Shown: one piece after another, positions 1-9,111 of the stretch
Layout of the letters: each line of letters starts with the position of its first letter
Numbering within the stretch: position 1 is the first letter of the stretch
Origin: Pseudomonadota bacterium
Lineage (GTDB): Bacteria; Pseudomonadota; Alphaproteobacteria; Rhodobacterales; Rhodobacteraceae
Assembly (NCBI GenBank): GCA_039798885.1
Contig: JBDKFE010000090.1
Span: 723 to 64,722, forward strand
Reading direction: 5' to 3'
DNA length: 64,000 nt
Translations under genes and position numbers: made by a program
Notes under the pieces: generated by a model
Seen by the model: the letters and a program-made list of their open reading frames with translations, nothing else
What the model was told of the DNA's origin: nothing
Database searches by the model: none

Positions 1-159
1 GACCACAACAACAACCACCGACACCACGAGAGCATCGGCAACCTAACACCAGCTGAAGTCTACTTCGGTCGCGGCGAAACCATCCTCGCTGAAAGGAGAC
101 GCATCAAACACAAGACCATCCAAAACCGCCGCTTGAACCATCACCGTCAAGCAGCATAA
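1..159 (+). mobile_element. 3' end of a DDE (rve / integrase-core) transposase gene, truncated by the window edge
   Basis: Frame +1 reads DHNNNHRHHESIGNLTPAEVYFGRGETILAERRRIKHKTIQNRRLNHHRQAA and stops at TAA 157-159. The HES(I/L)xNLTPA(E/D)VYFGR...ERRRIK tail is the conserved C-terminus of IS3/IS481-type transposases. The stretch is visibly less GC-rich than the rest. Confidence 0.7.
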
Positions 160-260
160 CCCGAACCCGATGAGCCAATGACATCCGCTCCAAGATCACC
201 GCGGTTGTTCCAAATCATTCGACGACGGACAACCGGCAAGCGTGGGCGGGTGCAAGGGGC

Positions 261-2222
261 CTAAAGGCCAAGCTTGTCCGGCGGCGGTCCCGGGAAGCGG
301 GCATAGTCCGGCGCGCCGTCGGGGGTGCCAAGCAGATCCCGCACCGCGCGGACCGCCTGGTCGATGGCGGAATGTGCATAGGCATAGGCGCCACTGTCGG
401 CATTGGCGATGCTGATCCGGCCCCATGGCTGGCGCGCGGCGTCGATCGGCAGGGGGCCGTCGGGCCAGAACGGATCCCACGGGCGCATGTATTCGTAAGC
501 GTAGCCGTGGCTCCAGCGGTTGCAGGTGATGGCCTCGATGTCGGTCGCGGGGTCAAAGCTGCTGCCCGCCAAGGCCTTTGTCAGCAACTCGCGGATCGAG
601 CGTTCCATATCCTCGAAGGTCAGCGTCATCATCGCCCGCTTGCCCGCAAGCGCCTGTTCGCGCGAGGGCAGGCCGGGTTCAACCATGACCTTGGACAAAT
701 GCAGGATCACCGGATCCTCGGGTGTGTCCGCGAATGTGTAGTCGCCCATAGACACTGGGAAGTCGATCTCGAAGCCGCTCCAGAAATTGCCCCGGGCGCG
801 TGCGCCGTCGATCTTGAGATCATCCAGCGCCTTCCAGTTCCGCAAAAGGACATTTGTGTAGATCAGCGGCACCTTCTGCTGGTCGTTCAGCGCGGCGATC
901 TGGTCGGGCGCAAGTTCATCGGTCAGGTAGGGTATGACACGGTGCCAGCAGGCCAGCACCACATGCCCCGCCTTGACCGACTGCAAGCCCCCGGCTGCGG
1001 CATAGGTGACCGTGACGCTGTCGGCGCTGGCCGGGTCGCCGTCATGGGCCACTTTCACGACCGTCGCGTTGAGCCGCAGCCGCACCTCGTTCTCGGCCTT
1101 ATCCAGTGCGGCGTAGTCGACCATCGCCACGACCTGATCTTCCATGCTGGAGCCGGGCAGGGCGGCAGGGATCAGGGCACGGACAAGGTGGCGGGCGATC
1201 CCGGCATTGCCGTCGGGGAAGTGGTAGATGTAGGGGTCGGGATCGGTGAACCCCAGCCTCCCCGAGGGGCTGTGATACTTGGAAACGCTTTCGCCCAGGT
1301 CCATCCCGTCGAAGCCGGGGTTCCAGTTGCCGCGCGCGTCCAGGGCCGTCGTCGCATCGATGCCGACGCCGAAATAGCCGGTGGTCGAGGTCTGGAAGTA
1401 GTCGACCAGCTGCGGGTCGGCCTTCACGTAGTCAAGGAGGAACTCCTTGTAGGTGATCTGCGCCAGCTTCTCCAACCGCGCCTCGGGTGTCATCCCGGGC
1501 AGATAGTCGCCGGGGGCGTCGATCAGCGCGATCAGGTCGGCCTTTGCCTTGTCGTTCAGCGGCGTCTGGGCGACCCAGTCCTTGGTCTCTCCCGACTGGA
1601 CGACCAGCTTGTCCACGCCCCACTTCGCCGCATCGAAAAAGAGGGCACCGTTCAGGCCGCGTTCTTCGGCCCATGCCTGGTTGTAATAGGTCTCGAACTT
1701 AGCGGTCTCGATCCCGATGGCGGCCAGGGTCGCGTTGACCGCGGGGCTGAAGTAGCTGGGCGTCTGCATCGACTGCGAGCCGCCATAGCCTATCAGACGC
1801 TTGCCACTAGACGAGGTGAATTCGTTCCGCTTGGCGTGGCCACCGAAGTCGTCCAGGGGGTCGATCAGCAGGACCTTCGCGCCGGGCTTCTGCTGACGGT
1901 AGGTAAAAGCGGCGGCAAGGCCAGAGATCCCGGCGCCGACGACGACAAGGTCATACACCTCGCCCGTGTCAGTGATGGCGGGGTTCGAGGCCCAGAAGCT
2001 GCCGTCGCGGATCGCGTGCATGACGTTCTGCGCCGCGTCCGTCTGGCCACGAAGGCCCTCGCCCGCAGGCGGATAGGCGGCGGTCTGCGCCATGGCCGGG
2101 CGGGTGCCCCAGCCCCCAAGCGCCGTTGCGCCTATCGCCAGCGCCACCCCGTCCAGAAAGTCACGCCGGGTGATGCCGCGGTCCATTCCCAGGCGTTTGT
2201 CGGCTTCGCTCCAACCCATCAC
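261..2222 (-). CDS. Tat-exported FAD/NAD(P)-binding amine oxidoreductase (spermidine-dehydrogenase-like family)
   Basis: 653-aa ORF. MDRGITRRDFLDGVALAIGATALGG is a twin-arginine signal (alternative start ATG at 2186). A dinucleotide-binding VVVGAGISGLAAA follows, giving the long periplasmic flavoprotein architecture. Confidence 0.85.
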   Translation of the reverse strand: MMGWSEADKRLGMDRGITRRDFLDGVALAIGATALGGWGTRPAMAQTAAYPPAGEGLRGQTDAAQNVMHAIRDGSFWASNPAITDTGEVYDLVVVGAGISGLAAAFTYRQQKPGAKVLLIDPLDDFGGHAKRNEFTSSSGKRLIGYGGSQSMQTPSYFSPAVNATLAAIGIETAKFETYYNQAWAEERGLNGALFFDAAKWGVDKLVVQSGETKDWVAQTPLNDKAKADLIALIDAPGDYLPGMTPEARLEKLAQITYKEFLLDYVKADPQLVDYFQTSTTGYFGVGIDATTALDARGNWNPGFDGMDLGESVSKYHSPSGRLGFTDPDPYIYHFPDGNAGIARHLVRALIPAALPGSSMEDQVVAMVDYAALDKAENEVRLRLNATVVKVAHDGDPASADSVTVTYAAAGGLQSVKAGHVVLACWHRVIPYLTDELAPDQIAALNDQQKVPLIYTNVLLRNWKALDDLKIDGARARGNFWSGFEIDFPVSMGDYTFADTPEDPVILHLSKVMVEPGLPSREQALAGKRAMMTLTFEDMERSIRELLTKALAGSSFDPATDIEAITCNRWSHGYAYEYMRPWDPFWPDGPLPIDAARQPWGRISIANADSGAYAYAHSAIDQAVRAVRDLLGTPDGAPDYARFPGPPPDKLGL

Positions 2223-2280
2223 GTCTCTCCCTGTGGCCGCTTCTGGCCACAGTGTCGGGCGGAAGAGGATCTTGCGTCAA

Positions 2281-2640
2281 GGTGCTGTCAAGCAAATGCG
2301 AACCAGTCTCCGCTTCCCTGGCCCCAGCCAAGTATAAGGCCGCAAGAAGGCTGCGCCACTCGGCGAGAGCGGCGGCGCGTGACTGTTTGTAGTGGCCGCG
2401 GTTTAGGAGATGGCGCTCGGTCGGAAAGTGGTTGTGGACCGAGGCATGGATTGACGCGAACTTCTGTAAAGTTCGCATGCGCCGGAACCGAAGCATCGCT
2501 CGTTCGCGTCGTCGAGATGGTTTGTGCGAGGTCTTCACGCGGTTGTTGAGCCAGCGGCTCGTCTCGCGGAAGCCTTTAGGACAGTCCGCACCTGAAGGAT
2601 TAAACTTGCGGTGCATATGCGGGAAACGGTCTTGATCACA
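2281..2640 (-). pseudogene. IS6-family transposase remnant (C-terminal ~95 codons only) with terminal inverted repeat
   Basis: Part of ORF 2161..2673 reads ...RWLNNRVKTSHKPSRRRERAMLRFRRMRTLQKFASIHASVHNHFPTERHLLNRGHYKQSRAAALAEWRSLLAA, the conserved IS6 transposase tail. No N-terminal/DDE part is present. GGTGCTGTCAAGCAAA at 2281-2296 resembles the IS26-type IR GGCACTGTTGCAAA. GC content is lower here. Confidence 0.7.
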
Positions 2641-2719
2641 TAACGGCATACGGAACGGCATACAAACACGCACAGGGAACGAAATATGCTTTTTCTATCA
2701 GATCTATAACAAGAATATT

Positions 2720-2809
2720 TGGCGGACAGTGAGGGATTCGAACCCTCGAGACGGTTCCCCGCCTACACACTTTCCAGGCGTGCGCCTTCGACCACTCGGC
2801 CAACTGTCC
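2720..2809 (-). tRNA. tRNA-Ser (anticodon GGA)
   Basis: 90-nt cloverleaf on the minus strand: acceptor GGACAGT/ACTGTCC, anticodon loop CTGGAAA, long variable arm, T-arm GAGGG-TTCGAAT-CCCTC, encoded CCA. Confidence 0.9.
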
Positions 2810-2869
2810 TTGCCGCCTTCCTTAGTGTGCCGTGCGGATGGACGCAAGGGGCCAAGGTAGGTCGGTGTG

Positions 2870-3589
2870 TCATGCCTCCAGAACGAGGGTCACGCGACGG
2901 TTCTGGCGTCCCTTCTTTTCGATCTTGCCGATTGCGACGCGGCCGATTTCGGCGGTGCGGGCAACATGGGTGCCGCCACAGGGCTGCAGGTCGACCTGCG
3001 ACAGGCCCTCGCCGATCCGGATCAGGCGCACCCTGCCCTGACCCATGGGCGGGCGGACGGACATCGTCTTGACCAGACCGGGACTGGCTTCCAGTTCCGC
3101 ATCGGTGATCCAGTCCTCGGTCACGGGCAGGTCCAGCCCAATCAGCGCGTTCAGCCGGTCCTGCACCAGCGCCACATCGTCCGGCGGGTCCGGCATGTCG
3201 AAATCGAGCCGCCCGCGCTCCACCCCGATCTGGCCGCCGGTGACGGGTAATGGGATGACGACCGACAACAGGTGCAGTGCCGTGTGGACGCGCATGTGGC
3301 GATGCCTGCGGTCCCAGTCCAGCCTCTGGCGCACCACGGTCCCAACCGGCGGCATGGCGTCCGGCGCGGCGGGGACAAGGGCGATCTGCCCGCCTTCGGC
3401 CTTGACCGCCGTGGCGATGGGCAGGCCGCCCCCGGACCAATCCAGCCGACCGGAATCCCCCGGCTGCCCGCCCCCCGTAGGGTAGAACAGGCTGCGGTCG
3501 CAAAGGATGCCCCCCTCGGCCGTATGGCCCATGACGACGGCCTCCACCTCGCGCAGGTAGGGATCGGCCCGGAACAGAAGTTCGGTCAT
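2870..3589 (-). CDS. AlaX-type alanyl-tRNA editing protein (AlaRS second additional domain)
   Basis: 239 aa with HTALHLLS and CGGTHV zinc/editing motifs. Its ATG overlaps the upstream stop (ATGA). Confidence 0.8.
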   Translation of the reverse strand: MTELLFRADPYLREVEAVVMGHTAEGGILCDRSLFYPTGGGQPGDSGRLDWSGGGLPIATAVKAEGGQIALVPAAPDAMPPVGTVVRQRLDWDRRHRHMRVHTALHLLSVVIPLPVTGGQIGVERGRLDFDMPDPPDDVALVQDRLNALIGLDLPVTEDWITDAELEASPGLVKTMSVRPPMGQGRVRLIRIGEGLSQVDLQPCGGTHVARTAEIGRVAIGKIEKKGRQNRRVTLVLEA

Positions 3590-6249
3590 TTCTCCTCCGA
3601 CAGGGTGGGATCGACGGATTCCGTCCGCGTGGCCGCGACCTTCGCGCGGCGGGACTTCGAACGTTCGACAGGCAGGTCCGCCGGGGCTGCGGGCGGGGCC
3701 GTCACGGCGGCTTCGGTCTTCGCGGCGCCGGGCATGATGATGCCTGCCTCGGCAAAGCGGCGGACGATGGCGTGGTTGATCTCGCTTCGGACCTGAACCG
3801 AGAAATTCACGTCGCGCAGGATGATCCGCATCTCGAAGGTCAGCCCGTCTGCGGTGAAGCCCATGAAGGCTACGACCGGCGCTGGCGTCAGGATGGTCAG
3901 GGGCTGGGCTTCGGCGATCTCGCGCAAGACGCGTTCCACGGCGCGGGTGTCGGTACCATGGACGACGGTGACCGGGACGATCAGACGGCCCGACAGGTTG
4001 AACCGCGTCCAGTTCGTCACGCGCTGCGTCACCAGATCGGCATTGGGCACGATCACATCGGACCGGTCAAAGGTCTGGATCCGGGTGGACCGGACCGAGA
4101 TGGCCCGCACCGTGCCCGAGACATTGCCAACCTCGATCCAGTCGCCCTCGCTCACCGGGCGTTCGATCAGCAGGATGATGCCGGACACGAAGTTCGACAC
4201 GATGTTCTGAAGGCCGAAACCGATGCCGACGGACAGGGCACCTGCGACGATGGCAAGGCCCGACAGGTCGATCCCGGCAGAGTTGATGGCAACAAGAGCG
4301 GCCAGGAAGATGCCGATATAGCCCACCCCCGACACCACCGCATTCTGCCCACCCTGATCGAGGTTGGTGCGTGGCAGGATCGTGCCCTTCAGCGCCCCTT
4401 GCAGCAGTCGCGTCAGGGCATAGCCCGCACCGAAGATCACGGCGAAGATCAGGAAGTCGGTGGGCGAAACCCGCGTCGCGCCAATCTGGAAGCCTTCGAG
4501 GAATCTCTGCCAGAGTTCCGTGATATCTGCCCAGCGCGCCCCCCACACGACCGCAAAGATGGGCAGCGAACACAGCGTCATGGCAAAGCCAATCAGGACG
4601 GGGATCAGCCCCTCTTGATCGGCGGCGTCGGATCGGGTCACCAGCCCATAGATATCGGCGACAAAGCGCTGCAGCACGAAAAGCACCGCAACCAGCCCCA
4701 GCGATACGACAGACGGGAAGACCAGCGCCGTCGCCGCCGCGATATAGCCGATGGCCCCCAGCACCAGCCCGGCGATGCCCGCCAGCATCACCCCCCGCGC
4801 CAAAAGGCCAAGCACGCGGGTGCCATAGCTCAACCCCTCGTCGCCTGCACTTTCGGCGTGGACATGGCGGCGCAACAGCTGCCCCATCCGGAACAGAAGA
4901 ACCGCCGTCGCGGCAAGGATGGGAAAGCCCAGCACCGCATTGGCCGCGTCATCCGCGCCCACCTCTAGCGCGATCTGCTGGCGCACGGCCTCGATGGCGA
5001 TCAGCAGACCGAACATCCGGGCCAGAAAGCGCCCTTCCAGCCGCCGTTCGGTCGCCAGTTTCAGCGCGGCATCCCCCCCGGGATCAACCGGAAACACAGC
5101 ATTGCCCAGCCAGTTCGCCGCCCCAAGGATGAAAACCAGTCCCGGCAGCACCCCGATGAGGATGGCACCCAACGGCCCGGTCAGCCCCGTGCGCGCCAGC
5201 GCCATGCTTAGGGCCATAGCCCCCAGCGTCGGAAGCAGCACCTGCATCAGCGAGAAGATCAGCCCGACGACACGCCGTCCGCGCGCGGTCTTGGGCTGCG
5301 GCAGGCGGGCGCGCAGGGGTTCGATCAGCCGCTGTCCCTGCGACAGCATCCCGACACCTGCCAGAACCAAAAGCGCGATCAGGGGAAGGTTGTCGAACAG
5401 GGCCCGTCGCCCGTCGCCCCGCGTCCAGCGTGTCGATGACTCCGTCCACAGACGGACGGTCAGGTCCCCCATCACCGCCAGTGCGGCAGGCCAGTTCGCG
5501 GGATTGATCGGAGAAGGCCAGAGTTGCAAAAGCTGGCTAGCCTGACGTTCGCGCAGCAGGCGGTCCACCTCACCTATCAGGCCGTCGGCGCGGCGATAGG
5601 CTTCTTCCGCCGTGATGCCGGGCGCTTGCAGCCGGACCAACTGGTCCGAAAGCTGCTGTCGTCGCTGCGCGATCTCGGCGGCTTCGGTGTCGCCCTCGGC
5701 CGGAACCGGGCCCAGCGCGGCGATCTGGTCGCGGAGATTGGCGATACGCGTGGAATTGGTGTTCTGCGCCACAAGGAAGGCCGCGCGCCAGTCGACAAGC
5801 TGCGTGCGCAGCGCTTCCAGCACGCGGTCCTCGGCATCGGGATTGGCCAGCACAGCTTCGGCCCGTTCGGCCGCGCGTTCCCATGCCACATAGTCCAGCG
5901 CGTTGCTCTTGCCCGATCCCTTGGACACGACGACGGTTGTCGAGGGGCGGTTCGTTCCGGCGGCGGGGGTTGTGGTCGTGACGGCGACCGCACCGGATGT
6001 CTGCGTGCCGCCCGTGGCGGCGGGTGCAGGCGTCTGGGTCGTGGCGCTGCCCGACGGTGTCCCGGCATCGCCCTGCGCGGGGGCCTGTGCGGTCGCCGTG
6101 CCGCCCGCGGTGCCCTGTTCGGTGGTCGTCCCCTGCCCCGGCGCGGCCTCTTGCGCCCGCAGGCCCTGCCCCGCCAGCACAAAGGATGCCAGCAAGGCAA
6201 AGACGAAGCCGCGCAGAAGCCGCCCGCCCGGCGGCAGGGTCACGGTCAT
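3586..6249 (-). CDS. Large mechanosensitive ion channel (MscK/KefA-like, MscS-type C-terminal domain)
   Basis: ORF 3586..6297, with the start moved to ATG 6249 (MTVTLPPGGRLL..., signal-like), which forms an ATGA overlap with the upstream stop. It has a long Ala/Thr-rich periplasmic region, multiple TM helices and an MscS core (...GDWIEVGNVSGTVRAISVRSTRIQT...). Confidence 0.85.
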   Translation of the reverse strand: MTVTLPPGGRLLRGFVFALLASFVLAGQGLRAQEAAPGQGTTTEQGTAGGTATAQAPAQGDAGTPSGSATTQTPAPAATGGTQTSGAVAVTTTTPAAGTNRPSTTVVVSKGSGKSNALDYVAWERAAERAEAVLANPDAEDRVLEALRTQLVDWRAAFLVAQNTNSTRIANLRDQIAALGPVPAEGDTEAAEIAQRRQQLSDQLVRLQAPGITAEEAYRRADGLIGEVDRLLRERQASQLLQLWPSPINPANWPAALAVMGDLTVRLWTESSTRWTRGDGRRALFDNLPLIALLVLAGVGMLSQGQRLIEPLRARLPQPKTARGRRVVGLIFSLMQVLLPTLGAMALSMALARTGLTGPLGAILIGVLPGLVFILGAANWLGNAVFPVDPGGDAALKLATERRLEGRFLARMFGLLIAIEAVRQQIALEVGADDAANAVLGFPILAATAVLLFRMGQLLRRHVHAESAGDEGLSYGTRVLGLLARGVMLAGIAGLVLGAIGYIAAATALVFPSVVSLGLVAVLFVLQRFVADIYGLVTRSDAADQEGLIPVLIGFAMTLCSLPIFAVVWGARWADITELWQRFLEGFQIGATRVSPTDFLIFAVIFGAGYALTRLLQGALKGTILPRTNLDQGGQNAVVSGVGYIGIFLAALVAINSAGIDLSGLAIVAGALSVGIGFGLQNIVSNFVSGIILLIERPVSEGDWIEVGNVSGTVRAISVRSTRIQTFDRSDVIVPNADLVTQRVTNWTRFNLSGRLIVPVTVVHGTDTRAVERVLREIAEAQPLTILTPAPVVAFMGFTADGLTFEMRIILRDVNFSVQVRSEINHAIVRRFAEAGIIMPGAAKTEAAVTAPPAAPADLPVERSKSRRAKVAATRTESVDPTLSEEK

Positions 6250-7280
6250 GCGTCCTCGAACACGGTCGGGATCGCGCGCGGCGCGCGGTCCAGCCATTCC
6301 GGGACGGGCAGCCCCTTTTCCTTCAGGAAGGTGGGATTGTAGAGCTTGGACTGATAGCGGTTGCCGTAGTCGCAGAGGATCGTGACGATCGTGTGCCCCG
6401 GCCCCATATCCTTGGCCATGCGGATGGCGCCCGCGATATTGATGCCAGAGGAACCGCCAAGGCAGATGCCTTCATCCTGCAGCATTTCAAAGACCAGCGG
6501 CAGTGCCTCGCTGTCGGGGATGCGGTAGCTGTAATCGGGCCGGAACCCTTCCAGATTGGCGGTGATCCGCCCCTGTCCGATGCCTTCGGTGATCGAGGTT
6601 CCGGGCGATTCAAGCTTGCCTTCGGTGTAGTAGGCATGCAGCGCGGCGCCTTCTGGATCGGCCAGACCGATCTTCACACCCTTGGGCTGCAAGGCCAAAC
6701 CGACACCCGCCAGCGTGCCGCCGGAGCCTACCGCGCAGATGAAACCATCCACCTTGCCGTCCGTCTGTTCCCAGATTTCCGGCCCCGTCGTTTCGATATG
6801 GGCCTGACGGTTTGCGATGTTGTCGAACTGGTTGGCCCAGATTGCGCCGTTTGGTTCGGTTCGCGCCAGCGCCTCGGCCAGACGGCCGGAATAGCGGACG
6901 TAGTTGTTGGGGTTCTTGTAGGGCGCCGCCGGGACTTGCACCAGTTCCGCCCCGGCAAGGCGCAACATGTCCTTCTTTTCTTGGCTCTGCGTTTCGGGGA
7001 TGACGATCACGGTCTTGAAGCCCATGCTCGCGCCCACAAGTGCAAGGCCGATGCCCGTGTTGCCCGCCGTGCCTTCGACGATGGTGCCGCCGGGTTTCAG
7101 CAGGCCCTTCGCCACCGCGTCCTTGATGATGTAAAGCGCGGCGCGGTCCTTGACGGACTGTCCGGGATTCATGAACTCGCACTTGCCAAGGATCGTGCAG
7201 CCGGTCATCTCGCTCGCCCGCTTTAGCTTCAGCAGGGGCGTGTTCCCGATGGTCTCGGCCAGATCGTCGAATGTGCGCAT
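6246..7280 (-). CDS. Cysteine synthase / cystathionine-beta-synthase-fold PLP enzyme
   Basis: ORF 6246..7304, with the start set at ATG 7280 (GAAGGAA SD about 7 nt upstream). Contains the PLP-lysine motif GQSVKDR and the GTAGNTGIGLA loop. Confidence 0.8.
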   Translation of the reverse strand: MRTFDDLAETIGNTPLLKLKRASEMTGCTILGKCEFMNPGQSVKDRAALYIIKDAVAKGLLKPGGTIVEGTAGNTGIGLALVGASMGFKTVIVIPETQSQEKKDMLRLAGAELVQVPAAPYKNPNNYVRYSGRLAEALARTEPNGAIWANQFDNIANRQAHIETTGPEIWEQTDGKVDGFICAVGSGGTLAGVGLALQPKGVKIGLADPEGAALHAYYTEGKLESPGTSITEGIGQGRITANLEGFRPDYSYRIPDSEALPLVFEMLQDEGICLGGSSGINIAGAIRMAKDMGPGHTIVTILCDYGNRYQSKLYNPTFLKEKGLPVPEWLDRAPRAIPTVFEDA

Positions 7281-7413
7281 GTCGGGTTCCTTCGCCTTTT
7301 GCACAACGTCTAGGCGGGGGCGCGGAAAATCTCAAGCCATGCCGCCGGAACAGGCGGTTTCACCCGCGATTTACCGGGCGGGCGCGGCCCGATGGTGCGG
7401 GGGCGGAAAAAGG

Positions 7414-7445
7414 AAAAGGCGGCGATCAAGGGACCGCCGCCTTTT
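7414..7445. terminator. Bidirectional intrinsic terminator hairpin
   Basis: AAAAGGCGGCG-atcaaggga-CGCCGCCTTTT: an 11-nt arm flanked by an A-run and a T-run, immediately downstream of the aminotransferase stop (7464, minus strand). Confidence 0.6.
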
Positions 7446-7463
7446 GTCCGCTTTGACAAAGGT

Positions 7464-8864
7464 TTACTCTGCCTTGGCGACCAGCAGACCGTCGGCCTTG
7501 AGCCCGGCATAGCTTTCGTCCAGCGACTTTTTGGCCCGTTCGATCAGCACGTCGATCTCGGCCGGGGTGATGACCAGCGGGGGCGAGATGATCATGCGGT
7601 CGCCCACATGGCGCATGATGAGGTTGTTGGCGAAGCACCGCTCGCGGGTGCGCAGGCCGACGGTGCCGGACTCGGACGCGAACTTTGCGCGCTTGGCCTT
7701 GTCGGGCGTCAGCGCGATGGAGCCCATGAGGCCCACCAGTTTCGCCTCGCCCACCAGCGGGTGGTCGGTGAGCGCGTCCCAGCGTTCCTTGAGGTAGGGA
7801 TGGGCCACGTTGCGGACGTGTTCAACGATCTTTTCTTCCTGCAAGATGCGCAGGTTTTCCAGCGCGACAGCCGCCGCCACAGGATGGCCGGAATAGGTGT
7901 AGCCGTGGAAGAATTCGCCGCCTTCGGCCACAACCGCCGCCACTTCGTCGCAGACGATGGAGCCGCCGATGGGCTGATAGCCCGAGGACAGGCCCTTGGC
8001 GATGGTCATGATATGCGGCTTGATCCCAAAGGTCTGCGAGCCGAACCAATTGCCCGTGCGACCGAAGCCGGTGATGACTTCGTCGGCGATCAAGAGGATG
8101 CCATACTTGTCGCAAATCCTTTGAATTTCAGGCCAGTAGGTGGCGGGCGGGACGATCACGCCGCCCGCGCCCTGGATCGGTTCACCGATGAAGGCCGCGA
8201 CGTTTTCCACGCCAAGTTCAAGGATCTTGTCTTCCAGTTGCTTGGCGCGGGCGATGCCGAATTCGGCCTCGGTCATCTCGCCGCCCTCGCCCCACCAATA
8301 GGGTTGGTCGATATGTTCGATGCCGTCGATCTTGCCGCCATGGGCGTGGATCGGGGACATGCCGCCAAGGCTGCCGCCGCCCATGGTGGAGCCGTGGTAG
8401 CCGTTCTTCCGTGCGATGATGACGCGCTTTTCAGGCATCCCCTTGACCTGCCAATAGCGGCGGACGAGGCGGATGTTGGTGTCGTTCGCTTCGGACCCAG
8501 ACCCCGCGAAGAAGACGTGGTTCAAATCACCCGGAGCCAGTTCCGCAAGCTTTGCCGCAAGGGCGATGGCGGGGACGTGGGTGGTTTGGAAGAAGGTGTT
8601 GTAATAGGCCAGTTCTTCCATCTGACGCGCGGCAACTTCGGCCAGTTCCTTGCGGCCATAGCCGATGTTGACGCACCACAGGCCCGCCATGCCGTCGATG
8701 ATCTGGTTGCCTTCGCTGTCGGTCAGCCAGACGCCCTTGCCGCGCGTGATGACCCGCGCACCCTTGGCCGCCAGACCGTTCGAGTCGGTGAAGGGGTGCA
8801 TGTGATGCGCGGCATCCAGCGCCTGAAGCTCTGCCGTGGGCAGGTGGTTGGTGATCATGTTCAT
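7464..8864 (-). CDS. Class-III (omega) aminotransferase, putrescine/beta-alanine:pyruvate transaminase-like
   Basis: 466 aa. Contains LIADEVITGFGRTG and the PLP-lysine context IMTIAKGLSSGY, with a typical N-terminus ...AHHMHPFTD... Confidence 0.85.
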   Translation of the reverse strand: MNMITNHLPTAELQALDAAHHMHPFTDSNGLAAKGARVITRGKGVWLTDSEGNQIIDGMAGLWCVNIGYGRKELAEVAARQMEELAYYNTFFQTTHVPAIALAAKLAELAPGDLNHVFFAGSGSEANDTNIRLVRRYWQVKGMPEKRVIIARKNGYHGSTMGGGSLGGMSPIHAHGGKIDGIEHIDQPYWWGEGGEMTEAEFGIARAKQLEDKILELGVENVAAFIGEPIQGAGGVIVPPATYWPEIQRICDKYGILLIADEVITGFGRTGNWFGSQTFGIKPHIMTIAKGLSSGYQPIGGSIVCDEVAAVVAEGGEFFHGYTYSGHPVAAAVALENLRILQEEKIVEHVRNVAHPYLKERWDALTDHPLVGEAKLVGLMGSIALTPDKAKRAKFASESGTVGLRTRERCFANNLIMRHVGDRMIISPPLVITPAEIDVLIERAKKSLDESYAGLKADGLLVAKAE

Positions 8865-8948
8865 GGAACGGCCCTCGCGGAATCAGCAGCCCGCCGGACG
8901 GCGGGTCTCAGACGCGAGCATATGATCAAAACAGGGTGTCTTCAAGAA

Positions 8949-8960
8949 ATTTGATCAAAT
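8949..8960. promoter_or_regulatory. Perfect 12-bp palindrome ATTTGATCAAAT (candidate operator) upstream of the aminotransferase
   Basis: Read directly from the sequence. A second TGATCA lies at 8923-8928. It sits about 60-95 nt upstream of ATG 8864, and a GntR regulator lies next door. Confidence 0.3.
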
Positions 8961-9005
8961 TCATGCATAGCGCTGTGAGGTGGTGGAAAAGGCGTGGTTT
9001 GCCAT

Positions 9006-9086
9006 GGGATTGGCGAAAAACGACTGTACCGGACTCTGTGCCGGATTCTGTGCCGCAAACTGTACATACGCAGCGGGCGGTGAACC
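9006..9086 (+). repeat. ~80-nt intergenic repeat, left copy (partner at 23758-23839)
   Basis: By-eye alignment with 23758-23839 shows exact blocks TGTACCG, GTGCCGGA, CCGCAAACTGT, ACGCAGCG and CGGTG in the same order and orientation. There is an internal ~12-nt periodicity: TGTACCGGACTC/TGTGCCGGATTC/TGTGCCGCAAAC/TGTACATACGCA. Confidence 0.6.
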
Positions 9087-9111
9087 GGGGGGTCGCGCAA
9101 CGGGGGCGGGG

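Noticed and set aside
372-2549. 725-aa ORF on the + strand, and similar very long ORFs such as 11382..14012, 14466..16091, 34483..36363, 43597..45492 and 62108..63514.
   Set aside because: They are antisense 'mirror' ORFs, expected in very GC-rich DNA. Their translations are Arg/Gly/Ala/Pro/His-rich with no recognisable motifs. Each is fully overlapped by an opposite-strand ORF with clear family signatures.
2161-2673. 170-aa ORF as an intact gene.
   Set aside because: Only the middle section is IS6-transposase-like, and it lacks the DDE catalytic region. Its 3' part runs through the IS terminal repeat and into the start of the neighbouring oxidoreductase gene. It is called a pseudogene remnant instead.
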